Source: an uncultured Synechococcus sp. (GTDB lineage Bacteria; Cyanobacteriota; Cyanobacteriia; PCC-6307; Cyanobiaceae). From it: 39,515 bases of DNA. The translations under genes were made by a program, and so were the position numbers. Below, piece by piece: positions 18,133-26,795 of this stretch (within the stretch, counting starts at the first letter, position 1; every line of letters begins with the position of its first letter). The DNA is taken from positions 1 to 39,515 of the forward strand of contig CAZWFG010000001.1 of NCBI GenBank assembly GCA_964632245.1, read 5' to 3'. Below the pieces are notes generated by a model. That model saw only the letters and a program-made list of their open reading frames with translations, searched no databases and was not told where the DNA came from.

Positions 18133-18353
18133 TCAGACTTCTCTGGTCACGGTTGTTCTGCGCCATCGACATCCCTGTCTCCCTGCCGCCGGCCTGGCCC
18201 CGGGCTGCCCTGATGGTGCCTGCCGATGCCGAGCTTCCCGCTGTGTTGCGCGCCCCGACGGCGGACCCCTCGGTGACCTGCCGCCGGCTCAGTGGACCGC
18301 GGCCCCCCGAGGCCTGCTGGACCCGCGACTGGCGCTGAGGGTCATCGGCCAGA

Positions 18354-19844
18354 GTGGCCACCATGCGCCTGCTTCCTCTCCTCGCTGCCGGTCTGGTGCT
18401 GCGGCTGGCCGTGGCGCTGCTGCTGCCTCCGGGCTACGACGAGGCCTATTACCTGTTCTATGGGCTCCATCCGGCCCTCAGCTACTTCGACCATCCGGTC
18501 GGGGTGGGCCTGTGGGCCTGGCTGGGTCATCAGCTGCCCTTCGGCATCGTCGGCCTGCGGCTGCCGTCGCTGCTCAGTTACACCGGGGCGGCGGCCCTGC
18601 TCGCCCTGGCCAGCCAGCGCTGGTTCGGGACGGTGGCAGCGCGCTGGACGGTGGCGCTCAGCGCTGTTTCACCGCTTCTGCTGCTGGTGGGCGGCGTGCT
18701 GCTGCTCCCTGATGCCCCCCTGCTCCTGCTGCTGTCGGCCTGCCTCTGGGCCCTGGCGGTCGAGGCACCGCTTCCCCTTCTGGGCGTGCTGCTGGGGGGG
18801 CTGACCCTGGCCAAGTACCAGGCGCTGCCCCTGCTGCTCTCGCTGCTGCTGTGGCAGCTGTGGCATCCGTCCCAGCGAAGGCGGCTGCTGACACCGGCCG
18901 GCGCTGGCATGGCCCTGGCCTGGCTGGTCACCTCCTCACCGCTCTGGATCTGGAATCTGCAGCACGGCTGGGTGTCATTTCTGTTCCAGGGGGGACGCAC
19001 CGTCGGTGGCCCCTGGTTCGACCCCGCCGGTCCGCCCCTTTTTCTGATCACCCAGATCCTGGCTCTGTTCCCGACCATCGGCGTGCTGCTGCTGCAGGCC
19101 GGTGTGCCATCGCAACGGGACGGAGTCAGCCAGGCCCGCTCGCTGTTGCGGGCCCTGGCCTTGCCCCAGCTGCTCTTGTTTCTGCTGCTCGCCGGCCGGA
19201 TGCAGGTGCTGGTGAGCTGGTTGGTGCCGGCCTGGTGGCTGTTGTTGCCGCTTGCCGGGGAGCGGCTGGCGCAAGCCTCTGCGCGCCGGGCGGTCTGGTT
19301 GCGGTGGTGGACTCCCCTGACCTTGACAGTGCCCCCACTGCTGGCGCTGCTGGCCGCCGCCCATGTGCGTTTCGGTCTGGCCAGCCCCCTGCTGCCCGAG
19401 GCGGTTGACTCTTCGCGGGAGCTGATCGACCCCCAACGGCTGCGGCGGGCCCTGCAGGCGCAGCCGCACCTGTGGCAGCAACTGGTCCAGGCCCGGCTGA
19501 TCGTGGGTCGCCGCTACTACGAGCCGGGATTTCTGGCCCTGGCCCTGGGCCAGGATCGCGGCAGAACCTTCACCACCTTCAACCGTGATGCCCGGGGATT
19601 CGCCTTCTGGGAACCCCCCGGCGGCTTCCGCGGCACAGGGGGGATCCTGTTCAGCCTGCGCAATCCGGAGACCCCATCGACCCTGCCGGACTGGGCGGCG
19701 GCCCTGGGTCCCCTGGAACCCCTGGGACAGGTGACCGTCGATCGGGGTGGCCGTGCCGCCCAGGTGGCGGAGTTCTGGCGCTTTCAGCCCCTGCCCCAAC
19801 CGTGGCCAAGGCCCTATGGGCCTGCCCGACGGCTGGGGGACTGA
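18354..19844 (+). CDS. polytopic glycosyltransferase, family 39/83 (ArnT / PMT_2-like)
   Basis: This 496-aa protein has at least 9 hydrophobic helices. It has the N-terminal loop motif PPGYDEAYY, which is the DE(x)YY motif of ArnT/PMT-type lipid-linked-sugar transferases. It has a soluble C-terminal domain. Confidence 0.75.
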   Translation: MATMRLLPLLAAGLVLRLAVALLLPPGYDEAYYLFYGLHPALSYFDHPVGVGLWAWLGHQLPFGIVGLRLPSLLSYTGAAALLALASQRWFGTVAARWTVALSAVSPLLLLVGGVLLLPDAPLLLLLSACLWALAVEAPLPLLGVLLGGLTLAKYQALPLLLSLLLWQLWHPSQRRRLLTPAGAGMALAWLVTSSPLWIWNLQHGWVSFLFQGGRTVGGPWFDPAGPPLFLITQILALFPTIGVLLLQAGVPSQRDGVSQARSLLRALALPQLLLFLLLAGRMQVLVSWLVPAWWLLLPLAGERLAQASARRAVWLRWWTPLTLTVPPLLALLAAAHVRFGLASPLLPEAVDSSRELIDPQRLRRALQAQPHLWQQLVQARLIVGRRYYEPGFLALALGQDRGRTFTTFNRDARGFAFWEPPGGFRGTGGILFSLRNPETPSTLPDWAAALGPLEPLGQVTVDRGGRAAQVAEFWRFQPLPQPWPRPYGPARRLGD

Positions 19845-19864
19845 TGTCGTTCAGGGGCTTGGTC

Positions 19865-20005
19865 TCACCAGCCCTGGGGAGCATCGGCAAGGCCTGATCC
19901 GCCACCACCGATGGCGCCATCGTCGTACCAGTCGGCTTCGTCGTCTTCGCTGAGGTCTGCTGCGGTCACGAGGGTCTCTTCGACCGTTTCCTGGGGACTG
20001 GTCAC
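19865..20005 (-). CDS. possible small acidic protein (46 aa); weak call
   Basis: From GTG 20005 the translation is VTSPQETVEETLVTAADLSEDDEADWYDDGAIGGGGSGLADAPQGW. Third positions are mostly G/C, unlike the flanking lower-GC non-coding DNA. There is no recognisable family and no SD. Confidence 0.25.
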   Translation of the reverse strand: MTSPQETVEETLVTAADLSEDDEADWYDDGAIGGGGSGLADAPQGW

Positions 20006-20186
20006 CGGGGCACGCGCGAGCGGTGAACTGGTTCTAGGTCCCTTCCTGTGCCAGGCAGGGGGAATGTGGTCGGTTCTCCAGGCTCGTTGTCTGAGTACAA
20101 ACGCGGCCTTGTGACGGAGTAAAGCCGAACCGGGCTGGCGCCGGGCTGGGGGGTGCGCCAATCTCCACAATCTTCAGTCCGGGAAA

Positions 20187-20271
20187 CGGAGGGGGTGGGA
20201 TTCGAACCCACGGAGGCTTGCGCCTCGCCGGTTTTCAAGACCGGAGCCATCAACCACTCGACCACCCCTCC
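20187..20271 (-). tRNA. tRNA-Ser (anticodon UGA)
   Basis: The reverse complement is GGAGGGGTGGTCGAGTGGTTGATGGCTCCGGTCTTGAAAACCGGCGAGGCGCAAGCCTCCGTGGGTTCGAATCCCACCCCCTCCG. The acceptor stem is GGAGGGG/CCCCTCC. The anticodon stem is CCGGT/ACCGG with loop CTTGAAA (anticodon TGA). There is a long variable arm GAGGC..GCCTC and a T-arm GTGGG TTCGAAT CCCAC. CCA is not encoded. Confidence 0.9.
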
Positions 20272-20403
20272 AGATCGCCCTTGTTGCTTGAACAATGGCG
20301 AAATCCAGTCTGTCACAGGCATCCGTCGCTGCGGACAGGTCAGCATTCCAGCGTGAGTCCCATGCGACAGGCCGACACGCTGGAAGTGGTCGCCTGTTCC
20401 CCC

Positions 20404-20577
20404 ATGGCCGTACTCAGCACAGATTTCCTTGCCCGGCGTACCCATCATCTGGCCGAGATGATCCAGACCCTGCCGGCGTCAGCCAGGCCGGATCATCAGG
20501 TGGGCTGCTGCCTTGAGCTGCTGGTGCAGCTGGGCGAAGCCCTCGATCGCCTCGCCCAGCCCGAGCCAACGGCCTAG
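20404..20577 (+). CDS. possible small hypothetical protein (57 aa); weak call
   Basis: The translation is MAVLSTDFLARRTHHLAEMIQTLPASARPDHQVGCCLELLVQLGEALDRLAQPEPTA. Third positions are moderately GC-biased. An alternative ATG lies at 20362. The stop shares a CTAG with the convergent nrdJ stop. Confidence 0.3.
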   Translation: MAVLSTDFLARRTHHLAEMIQTLPASARPDHQVGCCLELLVQLGEALDRLAQPEPTA

Positions 20578-22925
20578 ACCGGCTTGGTCAGCGGCAGCAG
20601 GCACTTGTCGGAGTCGCAGCCGGCGGGGCCGGCCTCCGGGGATTCACCCGCGTCGTAACGCTTCAGGGCTGAGAAAAAGTCGTCGATGCGTCGGCGCTGC
20701 AGAACGGCCTGCTGGAGCGCTTCGAACGTGGCGCGGTCGATGGGCTCAAAGGGCAACCTCGGGAAGGTGGCGTTGGCATCAAAGCGGGCCAGCAGCGCTG
20801 CTGAGATGTACCCCTCGCCATTGCTTATCGCGCCATGGATGGCATCGGTGAGCTCCTCGATCTCATGTTCACGGAATTCGATGGTGGCCGAGGTGTTGTG
20901 GGCGGTGTAATGCTTCTGCACCTGCATGTAGAAGTCGAACTGGGCCATGGCCGTGAAATTGTTGATGTCGACACTGTCGGCCCCCGGCAGGTTGGCCCAG
21001 CTCACCTCGGTGGGAATCTCCACCAGCCATTCACTGCAACGCGGATCAAAGGGATCCTCGAGCAGGCGTCCCTGGTCATCCTTGTCGGACTGGGACGGGA
21101 CGATGGTGTAGCCGTAGTCGAGACAGGCCAGGGCGACCGGATCGTTCTTGCGGAAGGTGATGCGTCGGATGAAGCGCTGGGCTTTGGGGGGGTGCCAGCC
21201 GGGGCTGGCGCCGGTGAGCAGGCTCTTGGTGCCGGCAGGCTGCACGGTGGTGCAACGGTTGGGGCGGCGCAGGCCGTGGCGGTCGCAGTACTCCCAGACG
21301 GCGCTGTTGACCGCCTCTTTCCAACGGCTGAGGTAAGCGGCTTCCTCGTGCCTGAAGCGTTCCCCTGCTTCGGTTGACGGCCGACCCGCAGCCCACCAGC
21401 GCAGCCATTCGGCGCCGAAGGCATGCACAAAGAAGTCGAACAGACCGGTGAAGCTGACCCCCACGATCGGATCCCAGCCACGGCTGCGCCGGTAGCGCTC
21501 CACCTCGAAACGGTGGTTCAGCAGGCAGGCAACGGCCAGGCCCGCCGCCTTGAACGCCTCCTCCTGGCCGGCGTGGTCGGTGGGGTCGAGGCGGTTGAGG
21601 TGCACCTCCGCCAGGTTGCAATGGAAGTCGGCGCCGATGATTTCGCCGCAGGGATTGAGGCCATAACGGCCAAGGCGGTGCTCGAGCTCGTCGGCCCCGA
21701 GGTCAGGATGGTGCAGGGTCAGCCAGCGACCGGCCTCCTCCCGTCCCTGATCCACATAGATGTCGATGAATTCCTGCCGCAGTTCGGGTGTCGACAACAG
21801 GTCGGCATTCGCCCGGGCAATGGCTTCAGGGGCGAACTGAATGGCACCTTCGCCCGACTGGAACTGCTGCTGCACGGCCTCGAGCACCACCTGCCGCGAA
21901 GGACGGGTGTGGAACACCCGGGTGTGGTTGGCCATGCGCAGGGCATCGCGTTCGGGGTCGATGCGCCAGTTGCCCTGGGCATCCTGCTGCCACAGGTTCT
22001 GCTTGGCAGCTGCGGCCTCGTGGTCTGCGGCGGCGAACTGGCGCATGCCGGCGCTGCGGCGGATGTTGCCCGCCACGATCGTCACCGCCGCCTCATCGAT
22101 CAGCAGGCAGCATTCGACCGACGTCAGGCGTCGACCGACGGCACGGCCAAGGATCTGGGCCACTCGCCCGTAGAGATCGCCGAGCTTGACGGGGTTGGCC
22201 ATGCCGCCGAAACCCTTGAGCACCTCGCCCACGGGACGCACGTCCGACAGGTCGACCGAGACCGACACCTCACCTTCAAAGCGGTCATCGCTGCAGAGTT
22301 CGAGCAGCAACTGATAGCTGTCGACCCAACCCCGGCGGGTGTCCCCCACCCGGATGTGGACCGTGCTTCCTTCGATGCTGTGGCTGGTGTGCTCCTGCCG
22401 CTGGCCGGCAGGGGTCTGGCCGATGGGGCTCACCCCGGTGATGGTGAGGCGGTTGCGCACGATGGGCAGCCGCTCGATCAGGTGCGGCTCGATGATGGCG
22501 CCTGTCCCGCAGCCCATCATCGCCAGATCCATCATCAGCCCGAAGGCCTCCCAATCGACCAGGTTGGTCGAGGTGCAGTTGTAGGCCCCGGAAAAATTCT
22601 CGCTGCGCTCGATCCAGGGGGTGCCGCCGATCCACAGCCAGCGGCCCGAAGGCAACGATTTCTGATCGGCCTGCAGCTTGCGCAGCAGGGCGACCTCGTC
22701 GGCGTTGAGATCACCCAGGCGCCGGAGACCCTCAAGGTTGCGTTCGGCGACCTCGTGCCAGCTCTCGCGACCGCCGGCGCTGCGGCGGCTGTAGGTGCGG
22801 TAGAAGACGGGGTAGGCGGCGGGGGCGGTGGCGGGGAAATCGCCGCCGACGGCATCGACAGGAGTGGGAGCGGCGGTGGCCGCTGCCGGTTGCTGGAGCA
22901 GGTCCGAAGGAGGGGTCACCGGCAC
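20574..22925 (-). CDS. nrdJ: adenosylcobalamin-dependent (class II) ribonucleotide reductase
   Basis: This 783-aa ORF contains YPVFYRTYSRR, SGRWLWIGGT, AYNCTS, LNPCGEI and a C-terminal CDSDKC pair. This is the pattern of picocyanobacterial NrdJ as I recall it. The start is GTG. The length shows no intein-sized insertion. Confidence 0.9.
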   Translation of the reverse strand: MPVTPPSDLLQQPAAATAAPTPVDAVGGDFPATAPAAYPVFYRTYSRRSAGGRESWHEVAERNLEGLRRLGDLNADEVALLRKLQADQKSLPSGRWLWIGGTPWIERSENFSGAYNCTSTNLVDWEAFGLMMDLAMMGCGTGAIIEPHLIERLPIVRNRLTITGVSPIGQTPAGQRQEHTSHSIEGSTVHIRVGDTRRGWVDSYQLLLELCSDDRFEGEVSVSVDLSDVRPVGEVLKGFGGMANPVKLGDLYGRVAQILGRAVGRRLTSVECCLLIDEAAVTIVAGNIRRSAGMRQFAAADHEAAAAKQNLWQQDAQGNWRIDPERDALRMANHTRVFHTRPSRQVVLEAVQQQFQSGEGAIQFAPEAIARANADLLSTPELRQEFIDIYVDQGREEAGRWLTLHHPDLGADELEHRLGRYGLNPCGEIIGADFHCNLAEVHLNRLDPTDHAGQEEAFKAAGLAVACLLNHRFEVERYRRSRGWDPIVGVSFTGLFDFFVHAFGAEWLRWWAAGRPSTEAGERFRHEEAAYLSRWKEAVNSAVWEYCDRHGLRRPNRCTTVQPAGTKSLLTGASPGWHPPKAQRFIRRITFRKNDPVALACLDYGYTIVPSQSDKDDQGRLLEDPFDPRCSEWLVEIPTEVSWANLPGADSVDINNFTAMAQFDFYMQVQKHYTAHNTSATIEFREHEIEELTDAIHGAISNGEGYISAALLARFDANATFPRLPFEPIDRATFEALQQAVLQRRRIDDFFSALKRYDAGESPEAGPAGCDSDKCLLPLTKPV

Positions 22926-23094
22926 TAGATCTGGTAGGTGGAGCGAAGCTAATACGCCACAGGGGGTGGTAGTGCGACGATGCCGGCCTGCAATCTGGAC
23001 ACGCCCCCGAGCCGCTGCTCCCTGTCATGGCTACGTCGGGTGGCTAACAATGAACTGCATTCCCCCGGGTCGCCGTGGTGCGGTCCTTCCAGCC

Positions 23095-23802
23095 ATGGCC
23101 CGCTTCCAGGAGCTGCTGCAGACCTTTGACCAACTGCGACGGGTGATCGCCGTGGGCAGGCACCAGGGGGGGCTCGATCAGGTGGCTGATCTGGTCGACA
23201 GCTTCCTGGACACACCCCAGATGGAGGCCTGCGTGGCCCGCTTCCGTGCCCTCCCCGGCGGCGCCAGGCTGATGGAGGAGCGCTTTCCCCCGCTGCAACC
23301 CGACATCGAGAGACTGGGTCAGCTGCCCGTCGGCAGCCTTGGCCATGGCTATGCCCAACTGATCCTGTCGCTGGGCTACGACCCGGAGTTCTTCCGTCCC
23401 CGCCCGATTCTCTCCGATGCCCACTGGCTCACCCAGCGCATCGCCACCACCCACGATCTGCATCACGTGATCGGCGGCTTCGGCACCTCCCCCGAGGGCG
23501 AAAGCGGCGTGCTGGCCATCACCGCAAGCCAGACGGGTTTTCCGGCCTATGTGGCCCTGCTGCACGCCGCCCAGCTCAGCCGCTTTCGCCTCGAGCCCCA
23601 GCGCTACGCCCTGCTGAGCGCCGCCATCAGCCATGGCACCGCCATCGGCTTTGAGGCGGCCCCCCTGGCGGTGGTGCGCTGGGAGGACGGCTGGGAGCGC
23701 AGCATCGAAGACTGGCGGCGGGAGCTGGGAATCCGCCGTCCCGCCACCGGAATGCCCTACGGAGCCGGCGAGGGAGCCGACGTCGGAGGCGTCAGTAGTT
23801 GA
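23095..23802 (+). CDS. Coq4-family protein (ubiquinone biosynthesis protein Coq4 homologue)
   Basis: The translation contains [17 protein letters not shown], which fits the Coq4 zinc-ligand motif HDxxHx(10-13)E. An alternative in-frame ATG lies at 23050. Confidence 0.7.
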   Translation: MARFQELLQTFDQLRRVIAVGRHQGGLDQVADLVDSFLDTPQMEACVARFRALPGGARLMEERFPPLQPDIERLGQLPVGSLGHGYAQLILSLGYDPEFFRPRPILSDAHWLTQRIATTHDLHHVIGGFGTSPEGESGVLAITASQTGFPAYVALLHAAQLSRFRLEPQRYALLSAAISHGTAIGFEAAPLAVVRWEDGWERSIEDWRRELGIRRPATGMPYGAGEGADVGGVSS

Positions 23803-24037
23803 GCAGGCGCATGCGGAAGAGGGCCAGCTGGCGCGCCTGTTCCGGCCAGTCCCTCTGAAAGGGATGGTCAGCCAATTCGGCCATCACCGCCTCAAGCCGT
23901 TCCTCCCTGGCCAGCCCATGGTCGGGGTGGCGGGCATCGAAGCTGTCCCAGGCATCGCTGAAGGCCATGGCGAAGCCATCCGGGTTGTTGAACACCGTCT
24001 GGGAGGGGGTGGTGGGATCCGGACGGGTGACGGCCAC
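23792..24037 (-). CDS. hypothetical small protein (81 aa)
   Basis: The ORF has GC3-rich codons: ...[56 protein letters not shown]. It overlaps the convergent Coq4-like gene end by 11 nt. I do not recognise a family. Confidence 0.4.
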   Translation of the reverse strand: MAVTRPDPTTPSQTVFNNPDGFAMAFSDAWDSFDARHPDHGLAREERLEAVMAELADHPFQRDWPEQARQLALFRMRLLNY

Positions 24038-24094
24038 GGTGGCGCCGACGCAGCAGATCCCACGCTAAGGGGCGTCGGCTGGCAGTCTGGAACC

Positions 24095-25741
24095 ATGACC
24101 CGTGTCCCCAGCTCCGCCCCCGGCGACGAGGCCACCGCCCTGGCCGAGGCCGTTGCCCGCCGTCGCAACTTCGCGATCATTTCCCACCCCGACGCCGGCA
24201 AGACGACCCTCACCGAAAAGCTCCTGCTCTATGGCGGTGCCATTCAGCAGGCCGGTGCCGTCAAGGCCCGCGGCGAGCAGCGGCGGGTCACCTCCGACTG
24301 GATGGAACTGGAGAAGCAGCGCGGCATCTCGATCACCTCGACGGTGCTGCAGTTCGATTACGACGGCTGCACCATCAACCTGCTCGACACCCCCGGCCAC
24401 CAGGACTTCTCGGAAGACACTTACCGCACCCTGGCGGCCGCCGACAACGCCGTGATGCTCGAGGACGCCGCCAAAGGCCTCGAACCCCAGACCCGCAAGC
24501 TGTTCGAGGTCTGCCGGATGCGGCGCATCCCGATCTTCACCTTCATCAACAAGATGGATCGGCCCTGCCGGGAACCGCTGGAGCTGCTGGATGAGATCGA
24601 GCGGGAGCTGGGGCTGGCCCCCTGGGCGGTCAACTGGCCCATCGGCAGCGGAGAGCGGTTCCGTGGGGTGATCGACCGCCGCAGCCATGATGTGGTGCTC
24701 TTCGAGCGGGCCGAACGGGGTCGCCAGGCAGCGGAACGTCGGCTGTCCCTTGATGACCCGGCCCTGGTGGAGCTGGTGGAACCCGAACTGCTGAGCCAGG
24801 CCCGGGAGGAACTGGAGCTGCTGGAGGGCGCCGGTGCCCCCCTCGATCTGGATCAGGTCCACGCCGGGGAGCAGACCCCGCTCTTCTTCGGCAGCGCCAT
24901 GACGAATTTCGGCGTGCGTCCCTTTCTTGATGCCTTTCTGGAGCTGGCCCAGCGCCCCGTGCCCCGGCAGAGCAGCGAGGGACCTGTCAATCCCCTGCAG
25001 CCGGGGTTCAGCGGCTTTGTCTTCAAGCTGCAGGCCAACATGGACGCCCGCCACCGCGATCGGGTGGCCTTCGTGCGGGTCTGTTCCGGTCGGTTTGAGA
25101 AGGACATGACGGTTCAGCATGCCCGCAGCGGCCGCACCATCCGCCTGTCACGGCCCCAGAAGCTGTTCGGCCAGGATCGGGAGGTGGTCGAGGAGGCCTT
25201 TCCGGGCGACGTGATCGGCCTCAACAACCCTGGCGTGTTCGCCATCGGCGACACCCTCTACAGCGGTCCGGCGGTGGAGTTCGAGGGCATTCCCTCCTTC
25301 AGTCCGGAGATCTTCGCCTGGCTGCGCAACCCCAACCCCTCGTCGTTCAAGAGCTTCCGCAAGGGGGTCAACGAGCTGCGGGAAGAGGGGGCCGTGCAGA
25401 TCCTGTACGACACCGATGCCAGCAAGCGAGATCCGGTGCTCGCGGCCGTCGGTCAGCTGCAGCTCGAGGTGGTCCAGCACCGTCTGGAACATGAATACGG
25501 CGTGCCGACGCGGCTGGAGCCCCTGGGATACAGCGTGGCCCGCTGGGTTGAGGGCGGCTGGCCGGCCCTGGAACGCATCGGTCGGGTTTTCAACTGCAAG
25601 GCCATGCGCGATGCCTGGGACCGCCCGGTGCTCCTGTTCCGCAACGACTGGAACCTGCAGCAGCTGCAGGAGGATCACCCCGACCTGGGGCTGGCGGCGG
25701 TGGCGCCGGTGGTGAGCGGACGGGAACCGATCGCCCTCTGA
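24095..25741 (+). CDS. prfC: peptide chain release factor 3 (translational GTPase)
   Basis: From ATG 24095 the translation contains [23 protein letters not shown] (G1), [25 protein letters not shown] (G3) and FINKMDR (G4). The upstream part of ORF 23633-25741 is not coding. Confidence 0.9.
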   Translation: MTRVPSSAPGDEATALAEAVARRRNFAIISHPDAGKTTLTEKLLLYGGAIQQAGAVKARGEQRRVTSDWMELEKQRGISITSTVLQFDYDGCTINLLDTPGHQDFSEDTYRTLAAADNAVMLEDAAKGLEPQTRKLFEVCRMRRIPIFTFINKMDRPCREPLELLDEIERELGLAPWAVNWPIGSGERFRGVIDRRSHDVVLFERAERGRQAAERRLSLDDPALVELVEPELLSQAREELELLEGAGAPLDLDQVHAGEQTPLFFGSAMTNFGVRPFLDAFLELAQRPVPRQSSEGPVNPLQPGFSGFVFKLQANMDARHRDRVAFVRVCSGRFEKDMTVQHARSGRTIRLSRPQKLFGQDREVVEEAFPGDVIGLNNPGVFAIGDTLYSGPAVEFEGIPSFSPEIFAWLRNPNPSSFKSFRKGVNELREEGAVQILYDTDASKRDPVLAAVGQLQLEVVQHRLEHEYGVPTRLEPLGYSVARWVEGGWPALERIGRVFNCKAMRDAWDRPVLLFRNDWNLQQLQEDHPDLGLAAVAPVVSGREPIAL

Positions 25742-25796
25742 CAGCCACAGCGGCAGTCCGCCCTCGCCAGGATGGGGGGGTTCCGGTCCTTCAACC

Positions 25797-26021
25797 ATGG
25801 CCACGCAGTGGTGGGTCAGGCCGCGACCTGACGGAGGGTGCGATTACGTGAGGCTGTGCAGCTCGCCTGCCGATGGCAGCGTTGAGGTGATCGAGGGATC
25901 GCATCTGCCTCCCCAGCTGCCGCTGCTCAAGCGACGTCAGTGGATCAGCGCCGAAGCGGTCCGTGGCCGCGGGATGCAGCTGCAGGCCGGAGGGTTCCGT
26001 CCCGGAGCGCCACTGTTCTGA
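25797..26021 (+). CDS. possible DUF1651-like small protein (74 aa)
   Basis: The C-terminal pattern LLKRRQWISAEAVRGRGMQLQAGGFRPGAPLF resembles the marine picocyanobacterial DUF1651 tail (..R..L..EA..LW..L...GW....P.W) from memory. This is a weak call. Confidence 0.35.
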   Translation: MATQWWVRPRPDGGCDYVRLCSSPADGSVEVIEGSHLPPQLPLLKRRQWISAEAVRGRGMQLQAGGFRPGAPLF

Positions 26022-26097
26022 AGCGTGTGCGGCTGACGGACAGCGACTCCCGGTGGGACGCCACAGCCGATACGCTGACAAGACTCCGGCCCAACTC

Positions 26098-26787
26098 ATG
26101 GCCCAGGGCACCGTACCGCCAGAGCTGCCATCCCCCGCGGATGGCAGTGATCCCTTCGCCCTTCTCGGCATCGACCACGAGGCCGGCTTTGAGCTGGTTC
26201 AGCAGGCCCGCGATGCCCGACTGGGCGCCCTCCCCCCAGAGGACGTGCTCGGCCGTGCCCGAATCGAGGCCGCCTATGACGCGGTGCTGATGCTGCGCCT
26301 GCGCGAACGTCAGCTCGGTCAGCTGACCGGTGCTGCGGCCACGGCCTCCAAGCGGGAGGCGGTGCCGTCCACCGCCGGGGCCACCGGCCCCAGCCTGCCG
26401 GTTCTGCCGGCCCTGCCCAACCTGCCGCGACCCGCCTTGCGCCTGAACTGGCCAACCCTGGCCCTGGCGTCCGGCCCTCAGCTCTGGCAACCGCTGGCGG
26501 GTCTGGGGGGTCTGCTGCTGCTCCACCTGCTCCTGGGGGGCACGGCCGGGGCGGCCGAACTCCTGCTGGCGCTTGCCACCCTGGGCTGTGCCCTCGCCCT
26601 CCATCGCCGCAGCGGTCGCTTCTTCCCGTCGATCGGCTGGGCCTTTGCCCTGCTGACCGTCGGCCTGGTGCTGGGGGGACTGGTGGCCCTGCCCCTCGGC
26701 GGTCTGCCCCTCCCCCTGGCGCCGGTCCAGTGGCAGGGGTTGCCGGCCCTGGTTCTGCTGCTGCTCGGCAGCGTTCTGCTGGCCTGA
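26098..26787 (+). CDS. CPP1/CDF1-like membrane protein with a J-like domain (DUF3353 family)
   Basis: The N-terminal DPFALLGIDHEAGFELVQQARDARL...IEAAYDAVLMLRLRER is a DnaJ-like helix pattern without HPD. It is followed by 3-4 hydrophobic helices (LLLLHLLLGG, LLLALATLGCALAL, AFALLTVGLVLGGLVAL, LPALVLLLLGSVLLA). Confidence 0.6.
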   Translation: MAQGTVPPELPSPADGSDPFALLGIDHEAGFELVQQARDARLGALPPEDVLGRARIEAAYDAVLMLRLRERQLGQLTGAAATASKREAVPSTAGATGPSLPVLPALPNLPRPALRLNWPTLALASGPQLWQPLAGLGGLLLLHLLLGGTAGAAELLLALATLGCALALHRRSGRFFPSIGWAFALLTVGLVLGGLVALPLGGLPLPLAPVQWQGLPALVLLLLGSVLLA

Positions 26788-26795
26788 CGACGGGG

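Noticed and set aside
12418-20186. Signalling cluster as a genomic island integrated at the 3' end of tRNA-Ser
   Set aside because: There is no integrase, transposase or phage gene. I could not find a direct repeat of the tRNA 3' end; the closest look-alike, gatcgaaccc at about 11347, lies inside a conserved gene. G+C is indistinguishable from the flanking core genes. Older horizontal acquisition of the OmpR/EnvZ-like pair remains possible.
21423-22928. 501-aa ORF on the plus strand
   Set aside because: It lies entirely antisense to nrdJ, whose own translation has clear class II RNR motifs. It has no recognisable motifs and is a shadow ORF.
22926-23094. Possible cobalamin riboswitch or NrdR box in the nrdJ / Coq4 divergent region
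   Set aside because: I could not find the B12-box core or the multi-stem architecture. I also found no AT-rich 16-bp NrdR-type palindrome. There is only a short CCAC-n5-GTGG inverted repeat. A cmscan or motif scan would be needed to overturn this.
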